Source: Yuukianura sp. NJ FZ-2021
Lineage: Eukaryota
Direction of reading: 5' to 3'
Assembly (NCBI GenBank): GCA_046563655.1
Contig: CM102286.1
Span: 7,936,001 to 8,000,000, forward strand
Length of the DNA: 64,000 nucleotides
The notes beneath the pieces were generated by a model. It worked only from the letters and a program-made list of their open reading frames with translations. It had not been told where the DNA came from and did no database searches. This document shows positions 49,702 through 62,268 of this stretch, piece by piece. The position numbers were made by a program, and so were the translations under genes. Every line of letters starts with the position of its first letter. Positions within the stretch are counted from its first letter, which is position 1.

Positions 49702-52700
49702 TTATTTTTGATTTTGGGATGTGAGAGTCAATCTTCCAAATTCGTCCAGCTTTGTGATGTTCATCTCAGTCTTTAGTTTATCAGAAACCTCGGTCCAATT
49801 CTGAGTTGTTGAGTTTCCGTTGTCCACACCTCTCTGATAAACTAATTTTGCATTCGGCCATGTTTTCAAAAGGGAGCAGGCCACAGCAAAATTGAACTAT
49901 TAAAAAAAGCAGAAAACATAGATTAGTTTCGTCTTACTTCGGAACAATTCGAGTACATTAACATTATGTCCAAAATGCGCACAGTTTATACTGACTTTGA
50001 GGCCGTTCTAGAACTCAGCCAGTCATAGTTAAATAGTTCAAGTTTGTTAGGATGCCAACCGTGTTTGTTTGTTTACTTTCGCTCACCTCAAACACGGTTG
50101 GGTTTCACTCCATAAGGCGAGTGTGTATAAAGCCCAATTTATACTTTTCGTTTCCCTGACGTTGCCCAGGAAAAAGTTTGTCGTAGGCGTCTATAACAAC
50201 GGAATTTTAAATACAAACGTAATGAAATTTCTTTTAAAATCGTGAACTACGACAAACTTTTTCCTGGGCAACGTCAGGGAAACGAAAAGTATAAATTGGG
50301 CTTAATGTTAAAAGATGGGAAATCGGTGGATCCACCGATTGTGCATCGATGCACAATTTTTGTTGAACGAAGGATATTCGTTTGCTTGTGCCCGCTTGGC
50401 GAATCAAAGGCAGAAAAACGAACGCAAAGCGCTATAAATCTTATAGAACGCAAAACATTCTCACACTTTTCAAATAATTCCTTAAATTGTATTTCTAAGT
50501 TTCGCCAAATTAGAGTAAATAGTTTACTTTACAATTGTGGGCACAAGAGGAACTTCGTGTGACCTCCAACCGGGGTCACTTGGAAACAACTTTTTGATTT
50601 TGTTTATTTTTTTGAAAACATTTCGTCAAATGGAGTGAGACTAGAGTATTCATAAGGACTTCAAAATCAGTAAAACTCAGATAAAGACGCTGGAGTTTTA
50701 CACATTTGTTCATAAGCTAATCCTTACTTCGTCGTCTTTCTGATCTATGTTTGATGGATTGTTAGAAGGGCAGAAATCGTTCCTGACTCCATTGACATTG
50801 CCGCTTTTCGGTTCTGAATCGTTTGATTGATGTTGAAGGTTGTGAAGGTGTCGTGAAATTGCTTCCTGCTTTTTATCCGCTATTAGGATGTGCAGTATTC
50901 GTTCCAGACCCTGCTTAGGAGACAAAAATAAAAACAATTACTAGCGTCTAATTTCGTAGTACTACTCCAATTTTTTATCTGACCCACTCTGATGGAGTTG
51001 ATTTTGACAAAAAGTGCAAAATAAACAACAAATCACCCCTGGTTTCCAAATTTTCAAAATGGGTCAAAATGACACTGGAGCTGTGTCTGTGTAACCACGT
51101 GCACCATTTGCAACCGCTGTTTGGTTATGCTGGGAGTTTTAAGGAAACAGCTTCTTTTCAATTAAAATATCTTGACATGTGACTGCTTCAAGCATAATCG
51201 CACTATAAATACGTGGGGCTCACACCTGTGGTGGACGTGGTTACAAAGGCGTAACTCCGGTGTCATTTTGACTCATTTTGAAAATTTGGAAACAAGGGGT
51301 GATTTTTTGTTTATTTTGCACTTTTTGTCAAAATCAACTCCATCAGAGTGGGTCAGATAAAAAATTGGAGTACCGTATTTTCCCGTAGATAATACGCGTA
51401 TTATCTATGAAATTTCAAGGAATTTTGGGGAGAAATTTTGTTATTTTGAAATCGAAGCAAATTTTTCACTGTAGAACGTAATGAAAATGATAGTTTAGCT
51501 ACTAAACCTAAACAAAAACGAGATTATTCTAACGCCAACTCGTCGAAGAGCCTGTGGTAACATCTTTCTGGCCAGTTTCGGCTATAGTTCTTGTCTCTGG
51601 CGAGTCAAACTGGCACGGGACTTCGCCCATATTAAACAAATTTACTGGACAGATTGACCGATATCCTTTTTTCTGTCAAGTACCCCGAAGAATCTCCAGC
51701 TTTTCTAACCAATCCTCCGAAAATGGCTGACCAACCGAAGTTCTGCATCGAATTGCTGCGCTTATAAAAATTCCCGCGCAGCGTTACGATTACCAATTAA
51801 TGCAGCTCTACGACAAACTAGAAGCTTGAACTCGGCGGTGTTTCGATTTTTTGAACGATTTTCGTGACACCTTTTGTTTAGGATCCATGGTTGGTTACGG
51901 TCAAAAGTATAAATTAAATGCGTACAATCAAATTAAAAAATAGAGTTTCCAGAATAATGAATTATACCTAGATTGGGAAGCTTAATACACGTTTCCCTCC
52001 CAAACCCAGTTTTAGTAAATTTTGAGACTGCGTACTATACACGGGAGCGTATTATAGACGCGAAAATACGGTAGTAGTAATGCGCACTATTCAATTGAAT
52101 GACACCCGGGAATATGGTGAATATGGCGTACACTTATTAATATACAGCTTCAAAATGCAATTCGTCGACTTACATTGTTGGAAGCTAGCCGCTTCTGATA
52201 GACATCATCCTTCGCTTGTGTCAAGGATCCTTTCAATTCATAGTTCTCGAAGAAGAGTTGTACGTGGCGTTCTGTCCATTCCTCGACTAACTTCTGAATA
52301 AGTGACACCTTTTCATCCGTCTTCATTTCATCAACGTCACTTAAAAATGTGCGCTTATCCAGCTCGAGGTCACTCTGAAACCATTCACTGAGTTCATCAA
52401 TGTCATCAGGCTTCACTTTATTCAGAGATTCATCGGCTCTTGCGGCGTAATTTAAAGCTTTCTGACGGAACGTTGGGAGTGCAGTTAGCTGAAGGCTGTG
52501 GCTAAGTAAGCGTTTTATTTCGTCTAGGGATCCGTTCAATTTTTCCTGTTATGTGTAAAAGAGTTAATCAAAGACTCAACAAGATAACAATAGTACTAGT
52601 AGCATTAATTATGAATAACCCTTCTAGATTTAGGTGAACAATCCAAAAACTCTCCTACACCACATATGGACAAACCCTGTTAATGTACTTGTATCCAATT

Positions 52701-53787
52701 AACAGCTGATGGCAGTACAGCAAATTTAAATAAACCCTTTGATCTTACGATAATTTTAAAATAATTTTCAATCATATCCGACGATTTCCTGACCATGAAT
52801 TAGCTTAGTTTTCTAAATTAAGTGTACTTTTGGAATGCCCATTTCCGTTTTAGGTTGTTGTAAAATATCTTAACACGCACACATGACCTTAAAAAGAAAT
52901 AGTTTTTTTAATAACTGTCCATATGTGGTGTAAATGGTTTGCCCGTATGCGTTACCAAATCCCCTAACTTTTATTTGGTATCTGGTAGGTAATGCTACTA
53001 GTCAAGGCAAGGCTTACTTACCAACTTGTGGAAACTTTGGAAATTAGAGACTGGATTATCTCGCTCAGCTGCACCTATAATAGTATCGATTTCACTTCGA
53101 AGAGAGTTGCTTTCACTGCATATTAAATGTGTCCTTTGAACTTCTGCTTCGTCCAAGAGCAGTGAAATCTTGTCTTTCACAGCCGTCCATGACGAATCTG
53201 GTTTCTCCTCGCTCAACGACATCAACCCTAACAACTCCCCGGTAACCTCCTTTTCTAATTCCTCTTCCTGCTGTTTCAGTTTTGATAAAGAACTTCGTAA
53301 TACGTTCAGATCCTGTTGTTCCTTTTCCTGCGTGGGAATTCCAAGGACAAAACAGTTAAAATACAAATTACATGGCGAAAAAATCACTTTCATATCCACA
53401 ATGTCCCACAAACAAGCGGCTTCCAAGCTCAGCTCAAATCTCACCAATGACTGCTTCTCCTTCTGCAGCTGCTGCCGTAATTCTTCCAGCTCAAAGTGCG
53501 TCTCCATGATTTTAATCCAGTCATCAGACTTTAGCGATGTGATTACATGTTTATCTATGAAATCCTTCAGAGGGCCGTTCCTCATTTTCCTAAAGAAAAA
53601 AAAAGACGATAATGAAGTAAAAATTATGAAGCGATTCGTTTTAATTTTTTGACGTGAAATTATCCAAGGCGAAAAGAAAAATTATGGAATGAACTTACTG
53701 GAGAGCTGGGAGATATTGCTTGGCTGCCGGAAAATTCGTTGCCCATTCCACTAGTTTTCTAATTTTTGCTTCTTCATTAGAAGACAT
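49702..53787 (-). CDS. Multi-exon coiled-coil protein, weakly reminiscent of augmin subunit HAUS5/Dgt5
   Basis: ATG 53787 MSSNEEAKIRKLVEWATNFP..; helical exons within ORFs 53585-52998, 52539-52150, 50937-50710 and 49884-49702 with GT-AG borders. Family assignment is tentative. Confidence 0.55.
50131..50302. mobile_element. PIF/Harbinger-like MITE (TAA TSD)
   Basis: TAA|AGCCCAATTTATACTTTTCG...CGAAAAGTATAAATTGGGCT|TAA; ~56-bp perfect TIR. Confidence 0.85.
50965..51370. mobile_element. Tc1/mariner-like MITE (TA TSD)
   Basis: TA|CTCCAATTTTTTATCTGACCCACTCTGATGG...CCATCAGAGTGGGTCAGATAAAAAATTGGAG|TA. Confidence 0.85.
51373..52071. mobile_element. Tc1/mariner (pogo-like) MITE abutting the previous one at a shared TA
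   Basis: TA|CCGTATTTTCCCGTAGATAATACGC ... GCGTATTATAGACGCGAAAATACGG|TA. Confidence 0.75.
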
Positions 53788-55069
53788 AATTAAGACATTC
53801 GTAAAAGCTGTGTTCCCTCGCCCTTGACGTCTACTTAAGATGATGTTTAACTAAAATCCAATTCAAATCGATTTGATTAATCATCAAAATCCAAATCCAA
53901 CATCTAAACAAAGAACGAGAAGAGCAAAACAAATTATACCGCTCATATACGATCAGTTAGTTGTTTTTATAGTTACTTGTATTGTTGTAATAAATAGAGA
54001 CAGACGGGTCCTACGAATACTCCGATTCTCTGATTTATTGGTTTGCGTAAAGCTTAACGACTGTTATTGTAGTCACAACGAGTGTGGCTATAATAGGTCA
54101 ATAGGTGACTACACTATGAGGCAAGTCATGTTGCCACTTTAGGTTGAGTTAGGTTAAAATGGCAATAAAAGTTGCCACCAAGGAGTAGCCAATATCGTAG
54201 TAGTCAGCAGATAAAATGGCCGAACAATCTGCGGCTACAAAGACTATCCTTAATCCTTGCGTGCACCCATCTCTTTTCCTTAATCCTTGCGTGCACCCAT
54301 CTCTTTTGAGTTAGCCGAATCCACTGATTCGCGTGATATCTGAAACGGCTTCGTTGGTGATTGGAAAATATTTCCTTTCTGGTGCTATTTGTAATATCCT
54401 TAGGCTTTCACTTCCAAACGCATTGTCTGTATTTTAAATTCCTTGATGGAAAGCAGAGTTAGCAGATTTATTTGCACCTTTATTGATGGTCTAGCTCAAT
54501 GCCTATGAAATGATCTATCTTTGCCGCTCGCTGGAGCTGAAGACGTATTCCCGAGTTGTAGAGGAATCATACGATTCAGTGTATTAGTCTGCCACGCATG
54601 AGATTGGAGGGAAAGAGGAAAGAGTCAGATAATCAGCTGCGGAAAATGCTTTAGTGGACCTAAGGATTAATTACAGTCATTGTATCCACCGCACCCATCT
54701 TTCATGGCAGGAATGAAGACGAACGCTTAAATATCAACTAATGTAGCCATTGTAACACTGTTAAAGATAAACAAATACGGCAACACAAGTTGCAAGACAA
54801 TAAGGGAAGTGCGAGAGCGCGATAGTTACTCCGTGCGGCTGAATGCAAAAACGCTCGTTTTACCTCACCCCAACGGAGCGTTTACACCGGCAAAAGATGA
54901 AGTCCCTTTGTGTATTGTCCAGACTCCAGAAAACACACTGGAGGTGGAGACTGGACCAGGGAGCCGGTCGGTGGTGTTTCATGTTCATAGTCATCTCGTA
55001 GTTTCCTGTTTTTATTAACTGTTTTGTTAAGTTTTGCACTTATTTATTAAGGTAGCCTAGTCAGTTACG

Positions 55070-58000
55070 ATGAGTTCGTTGACAAAACGTCCACGCATTG
55101 AAACTACGGATACCACGGTAGACCTTGAACTTGAAGGATCACAATCGAATTCGCATTCGGAAATAAATTGTTCGACAGAAGAGCATTCCATAGAGAAGGT
55201 CGTATTAAATGAGCAAATTCTGTCGGTGGATCTCACGCAGAGCGTTCGAAAGGTGGAGTGGAACTTCAGGGACGAGGTATGTTAATTAAGGCTTTGAATT
55301 ATTACTACCTCCTCGCAAACTCTGCGTCGTAGAGTACGAACAAGAAACGAGATCATGGAAGGAAGGCCGGGAATCAAACGACAAGAATTAATGCATTAAA
55401 TCTGTCGATGGCATACTTAATCTGTCTTTATGACCATAATTTTGATTTTAACAGCATTTATGTGAACGTTTCAGACGGTTGATGTCGATGAGAAGGTACT
55501 CATAATTCCCCCAGCAGAAGGCATACTTGAAGTTTTAGATGTCAGCATACTAACTGCGTGGAGAAAAGTCATTCGTAAAGATGATGCTACCAAGGCTAGT
55601 CAGTTTGTCTCAAAGAATTTACAGCAACAGCTACTTGATACCCGCGTAAGTGCTATGAGCTAAAGACTCGGCCGTTATGCCGTTTTTTCTCACAATGGTA
55701 ATGGTAACCCAACGTTCGCAACATTGCAGGCAAGTGTAGCGGAATGGAGGAAAGGCTTGCTCCTTGGAGCTCGTGTTAGAGCCAATCCCTTCGAAACAAT
55801 TCGGCATGTATTTTTCATGAACCGGGCTGCCCTGAAGATTGCTAACCTAGACGCAATAGTAGGATTCGAGTTGACATGTCCGAAAACTCCAGCAGGTGAT
55901 ATGATGGTCAAGGGTGGGGACCTGTTTTATTTTGCTGATGTGTGTGCCGGTCCAGGAGGATTTAGCGAGTAAGTACACACATCGTTTGGTATGAATCCGA
56001 ACCATATCATTCAATAAGAAATTCAAAATGAAAAGTGGAATCGGATTTTAATTGTTCTTTTTCTCTCAGATATGTTTTATGGAGGAAAAAGCTGGAAGCA
56101 AAGGGGTTCGGGTTCACTTTGAAAAACACGGAGTGCGATTTTAACCTTGCCGAATTTAAAGCTGGAACGCCGGAAAACTTCGAGGTTCATTATGGTAAGC
56201 GTCACCGTCAATAGTTTCACACATACTAAGTTTAAAGCCTTACTTATGAAACGGGTTTAGGTACCAAAGGAGACGGGAATGTCCTCGACCCTGAAAATGT
56301 TGCAGACTTTATCAAATATGTTTTGGAAAATACGGATGGGCATGGTGTTCATTTGATGATGGCCGATGGTGTAAGTTCCGAGGGTAGCACGCCATTGTAT
56401 CAATTGAATTGTATCAACTGCCATTGCATCAACTGAATTGTGTCAATTTGAATTGTATCAACTGGCCAATTGTATCAACGACTAATTGTATCAACGACTG
56501 TAATGCTTAATTTAGCTTAGGTTAGGTTAGGTTACGTTGGTTGATACAAGTAGCCGTTGACACAATTGAGCGTTGATACAATTCAAATTGACACAATTCA
56601 GTTGATGCAATGGCATTTGATACAATTCAATTGACACAATGGCATGGAACCGTTCCGAGTGAATGTTGCTCTCAGAATATATTTATTTTATGCTGTTGAA
56701 TAAATAGCATAACGCTGTTTTAAATGCACGATTCACTCAGATGCCGGTTTTAAAGTTTTATCATCGTTATTTAGGGTATTGAAGTTGATGACAAAAACCA
56801 GCAGGAGGATTTATGCAAAGGCTTGTATTTGGCACAATTCTTGGTTGCATTAGGGGTTGTGCGCGAAGGTAATTGGTAAAATAATTTAACTTTAACCGTC
56901 TTCATATTTGCGCATTGCGCACGTTGTATTCTATATCTTATTTTTTTCCAGGTGGGAATTTTGTTTGCAAGATTTTCGACATGATCACTCCGTTCTCGGT
57001 TGGCTTGATTTACTTAGTCTACCGCGCTTTCGATCAAATTGCTATCCATAAGCCGAACTCGAGCCGTTCCGGGAATCCTGAACGATACGTTATCTGCAAA
57101 GGACGAAAAAGTCGAACAACTACTCGTGGCATGTATGAATACTTGACAAATTGTCACGAAATGCTTTGGAATTACGAGAAAAACAAAACCAAGGGAGTTG
57201 CAGTTTTGGATATTGCTGAGATTGTTCCTATGAACATTCTGGCGGAAAAGAATTCTGGCTTTTTCAAGTACATCAAACATACAAATGATACGTGAGTTTT
57301 GATTTGAAATGTTCCGCTAATTTCTTTTAATACTATCCATGCAAGCTACAACTTACTTTGCATGTAGGAAGTTAGAAGCGGCATGGGTTTTGCTTCAGCT
57401 TTATACTTTATTGTTTTCATCAGCAGATAATAATGTTGGAAAGCTTTTGGTTTATTTTAGTTTGGCTATCCGCCAAATCATGGCTTTGAAGAAAATGGAA
57501 GCCTTTTGTGAGGATCAAACTCTAACGGAGATCCGACAAGCCGATTGTCGCCGCGCGTCATTGGTGCATTGGAGAATTCCAGATATAACGCGCAAAGAGC
57601 TTGAAACGCTCCAGAATACTGCAAAAGTGGAAACTCCAGGTACTAAACTGCCACACATCTAAAGCATCGTAGCAGCTCAGTCAGTATCTTTGTCACAGTT
57701 CTTTACAGTTTATGCTCAATTCCATTGAAATTGACTTTTATTTATTTTACAGCGTTGTCCAAGTACAACCCCAAAGAACTTACCAAGGCAATGGTTGCGA
57801 CAGTTTTTAAGTCACCATTTGACTGGCGTTTTGTTATTCTTGGCAGTGGACCTTTGGATACCACACGCGCTTTTTACTACGGTAAAGTTTCCTTTTTAAT
57901 ACATGTTTCAAATTCGACTTTGCGAGACGCATCATATACTTTATTGCTCTTTATTGCGTAGCAGGTCATAAGAGCTAATTCAAAAAGAGCTAATCCAATA

Positions 58001-59800
58001 AGAGCTACTCAATAAGAGCTAAAAAAAAAATAAGGGCTACTCCAAAAAGAGCTACTCCAATAAGAGCTAATTTCAATAAGAGCTAATTTCAATAAGGGCT
58101 ACTCCAATAAGAACTACTTTCCATAAGAGCTACTTTAGTTAAAGTAGATTTCCTGTTATTTTCCCGCGCCGAAGGCGCGGCGTTAGGTTATTTAATTGGC
58201 AATACTGTTTCCCGCTTTCAATACGAAACCTTTAGGGCATCTGTGATGCCCTTATGCAAATTACGAATGTGTCTTTAAATTTCGTATGATGAATTCTCTT
58301 ATATGATTAGGCTAGCGTTGTTGGCCATGTTTAAAAGCGGGAAGATAACAATTAATTTGCACTAATTACAGTAGCCCTTATGGAAAGTAGCTCTCATTGG
58401 AGTAGCCCTTATTGAAATTAGCTCTTATTGAAATTAGCTCTTATCAGAGTAGCTCTTTTTGGATTAGCTCTTATTTTTTAAGCTCTTATTGAGTAGCTCT
58501 TATTGGATTAGCTCTTTTTGGTTTAGCTCTTATGACATGGAACCGCTTTATTGCATTATTTCAGGAAATGGTGGCAATATGGTCTCCCGTTTCCAGTCAA
58601 ATTACTGGAAGCCAATTCACTTGAACATCGCCTTGCCGAAGGATACTCTTGTCTACGGTGACCTTGTGCATGAATTTTCGGCTGATCTCAAAGAAACTGT
58701 GACTGTCTTTCATATCATTGATGGGTTCACTCTTGGAGGCAAAGACATAAGCAATCTTCATTACACTCAAAGGTACTGCAAGTTCAAATGCTTTCTAAAT
58801 ATCCCGAACGTTTTGTTTTCATCTCATGCAAATTTGCAGACACGAGTGTTGTGTCAAGTTGGCCAAAGCCATTAACAAACCACGCTGTCCTGAGACTGTG
58901 CCTGTTCGTGCTAAACATTTGATTCGCTTGGAACACTTCAGTACTATTTTTGAGAGGTACGTTGATCGATTATTTGTACTGAGAAATTGGTTGTACTAGT
59001 ACCAATCAATACTTAAATTACTATTGATATTTCAACTCCGGTATTGTTTTAATAATGCATACTCTATTACTTGTAAACAGCATTACAAAACCCGAAAGAC
59101 TGACGGAGGTGCAGGGCCCACCTTCAAAGAAAAGCAAAGTTGTCAATGATAGACTGTTTCCTGTTGACCCGTCTTCTACGGCGGACAAGTATTTTTCTCC
59201 GATTGGCGTACTGTTCTTAAAAATTACGAAAGGTAAGCTAATAACCCAAATACTTCTGTTAACGCCAATGCAAGTGTGCTTTTTAAGATTTTCTTTCATA
59301 ATTATAAAATGCATCAGGAGCAAATCATTTGCACTAATTTCATAATGATTTTATTATTATTAGATCCATGGCTGATGGAATACAGCCAGAAGGCCGGGCG
59401 CAAGTATTGGTTTAATTTAGAAAAGAATCAGTCGACCTTCGACTGTCCTCCGACTTCCATTGCGGACTTTGAGTAAGTCTTCCTGCTGACCTTTTCATTT
59501 GCCTTTCAGTTTTCAAGCTTTTACATGAAAGGTTTTATCGTAAAAGTTGAACTTTTTGAACAAAACGATTCTTTTGTTTTCAATAGCTATACCATGAAGA
59601 ACAGCGTAATTTGGAATTGGGACGAGAATACTCAAGTCGATGTGCTACACACTCTCATTTCTAATCCGACTATGGACAAGAACGATGGAGTTCAGGCGAA
59701 ACAAATTGTTGATCACGTGGACAGCTTTCTCGCTCATGTTATACCGGTAATCACTCCTCCAGTTTTACCTTTTCAAGAGTCTGAAGATGAGTCAGAATGA
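55070..59800 (+). CDS. CMTR1: Cap-specific mRNA (nucleoside-2'-O)-methyltransferase 1, multi-exon
   Basis: RANPFETIR..FMNRAALKIANLD, FADVCAGPGGFSEY, GFGFTLK, MMADG, GGNFVCKIFD, KPNSSR..NPERY (K-D-K-E tetrad), capping-enzyme-like C-terminal region and WW-like PWLMEYSQKAGRKYWFN. Confidence 0.92.
56383..56651. mobile_element. Small foldback MITE with TTGTATCAA repeats, GG..CC ends, 8-bp TSD (Merlin/MULE-like), in a CMTR1 intron
   Basis: GTTCCGAG|GGTAGCACGCCATTG...CAATGGCATGGAACC|GTTCCGAG; central (TTAGG)n tract. Confidence 0.8.
57958..58545. mobile_element. Foldback MITE related to 7191-8109 (opposite orientation), 9-bp TSD, in a CMTR1 intron
   Basis: CTTTATTGC|GTAGCAGGTCATAAGAGC...GCTCTTATGACATGGAACCG|CTTTATTGC; shares the internal GGGCATCT..ATGCAAATTACG block and the GC hairpin with the 7-kb copy. 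Confidence 0.85.
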
Positions 59801-60316
59801 TGAGATTCAGGGACGATGAGGAACGGAATGAAGGACAGATCTCTACCCATTTTTTACGTTTGTACTGTAGGGACTTTAGGTAGGAAGGATAGCATATTCA
59901 ACTAATTAAATTTTCCATCAACTTCTGCTTTCGACATGTCCAAAGCAGGAAGAGCTCAAGATGGTGCTATAATAAAGCATATTATAGTAGTGCAATAACC
60001 AACTTTGGCTCCCGTTGTTCATAAAAGCAATTAACATCCATAATGAGGACGAGTGAGTAGAGCAAGCCAAGCCGTTTTGTTTATTGCGTATTCATGAGAA
60101 GGCTTGCCATCATCACCCGCACTTTCCCATACAACTCAAGTCAGTATTTAGTTAAACTTAAGTGTATTAACATTAGTTTTTTGAAGTTTTGGAGGTGAGG
60201 CGTCTGATCGATCGTCACGTAGATCCGAAACCGGGAAGTGTTTATAAACAAAGCAGAAGTTGTGAATGAAATAGTCTCTGTTTCCCTTGTTAATAACTTG
60301 AAACTATTTTTTGTTT

Positions 60317-60669
60317 ATGGCTGACGGCGGTGGGATTCGAATTCGCGTGCTTTTCTTTGCTGCTGCAAGAGAACTTGTGAAATCAAGGGAAGAAATCATT
60401 GAAATTAACAAATCGATAGTTACAGGGAAAGGACTTTTAACAGAAATACTTGGACAGTTTCCAGTTCTAAAACCATTAGAACACTGCCTCATTTTGGCTC
60501 ACAAACAAGTCTATTTGGACCTTGATAGTGAACAAGAGGTCAAAGTTGAAGAGAATGATGACGTCGCAGTAATTCCACCAATAAGCGGAGGTAAGTTGAA
60601 TATTTGTTACTGTTTACAATAATTTATTAACTTAACCCAACACTAATTTCCTGTGTTTGTTTAGGTTAA
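60317..60669 (+). CDS. MOCS2A: Molybdopterin synthase sulfur-carrier subunit (MoaD-like); exons 60317-60590 and 60665-60669
   Basis: IRVLFFAAARE...DDVAVIPPISG, with the final Gly and TAA supplied after a 74-nt intron, giving the diagnostic PPISGG terminus. Confidence 0.92.
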
Positions 60670-60798
60670 AACTTTGAGGTTTGAGAGACCGCACAACTTC
60701 TACAAGCAAATCAAGACAAAAATACTGACCAAATACGGACACTTGTTATCGAAATATTGAACAAAAAATCGACGCTACACTTCATCTTTTTTCAAGTG

Positions 60799-61669
60799 AT
60801 GACGATGGACATTGTGAAGCTTACAGAATCAAAAATAGATTTGGAGCAAGTAGTTTCTTCCGTATCTTCGAGCAAATGCGGAGCCACTTCAGTGTTTGTT
60901 GGCACAACCAGAGATAACTTCCAGGGCAAGAAGGTCAGTTTCTAAAAAGAAAGGGATGCCAGGTTGCATAACACAAAGTCATTGCTCAATTTATGAACTT
61001 TTCATATCCTGTTACACTGCTTTTACTACAGGATACAGAGATAGCGTTTTATTTTTAGTGAACGCATGCAGCAGTCAAATGATAATCACGACGTGACAAC
61101 CTTGTCTCGCTGCACGTGACACCAGAATTAATTACTTTGTTTTTGTCTATGAATTCATTCCAATTTTTTTAATTACTGAAGATATGATTTTTTTTTAAGT
61201 TGGCGACTTAAACAGACGTGCTTGTCTGCTTTTTTTAAGGTTCTACGACTGGAGTATGAAGCATATGAAGAAATGGCGTTGAGCGAATTGAAGAAAGTTT
61301 GCACTCAAATCCGAAGCCAATGGGAGGTGGAACACATAGCTATTGTGCACAGGTAAAAGTCAATCCTGGCAAGCACAACTTAACGACACGATGCGTTCCT
61401 GTTAAAATGATTGGGTTCAACTTTCATTCAAATTATTTTGATTAATTAGGTTGGGCGTTGTTCCATTAACAGAAAGCAGTGTCGTCATCGCAATCTCCTC
61501 TCCACACCGGAAGGAGTCTTTGGAAGCTGTAAGCGCTGCTATCAATACTTTGAAAGCAACAGTGCCGATCTGGAAGAAAGAAATTTATGCAGAAGACGAA
61601 CGGGATTCATCCAGTTCTGCATGGAAAGTGAACCAAGAGTGCCAGTGGAGTAATAGAAACCAGAATTAA
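60799..61669 (+). CDS. MOCS2B: Molybdopterin synthase catalytic subunit (MoaE-like); exons 60799-60933, 61240-61352, 61450-61669
   Basis: [32 protein letters not shown]...IAIVHR/LGVVP...SSPHR...[13 protein letters not shown]...WKVNQEC. Confidence 0.93.
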
Positions 61670-62268
61670 TTTAAATCCGAAAGCAGTGTGAGACAGTCAG
61701 TAAGGCATACTTGGCTAAAAATACTGCCCGTATGAATAATAGATGCCGAATCATCTATCAATTATTCGAGGAGTCTGACTAATTTACCGCAATACGTGTG
61801 TACAAGTTTAGTGAACCTTCGGTGAATATTTCAGTTTGAAGTTATGCAGTTTGTATTTAGAAAGTTATGAAACATGAAACAGGGTGGAGGGTGACGAAAA
61901 TACTTGTGGCTGTATGGACCAAATTAGTTTTAAATTGACTAACATATATGCGGTTGTTTGATTGGGAAAACCCAAGACGAAAAGACGATGGAAGGCTGCG
62001 TCTGACGATGTCATTTGTAGAGTAATTAAAGAAACTGCTCTATATAGATCCGCAAGAAATCTAAATTCACAATTTAATTGAAGAAATGCATGATTGCGGT
62101 AACCTTTTCTTCAAGCTAGTGACCAAAATGAACGTTCATTTAGTATGCCATATTGACAAAAGAAAACGCTAAACCTGCAGGCGTCGTCAATTCTTCCGCT
62201 TAATAGTGGTAATAAGGTTGAATTTCGGGAACAACAAGTGCCGACCTCTGAGTCCATATCTCAATCTC

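Noticed and set aside
56517..56534. (TTAGG)n tracts here and near 7515, 45647 and 46076 as telomeres
   Set aside because: Only 2-4 units, all inside MITEs.
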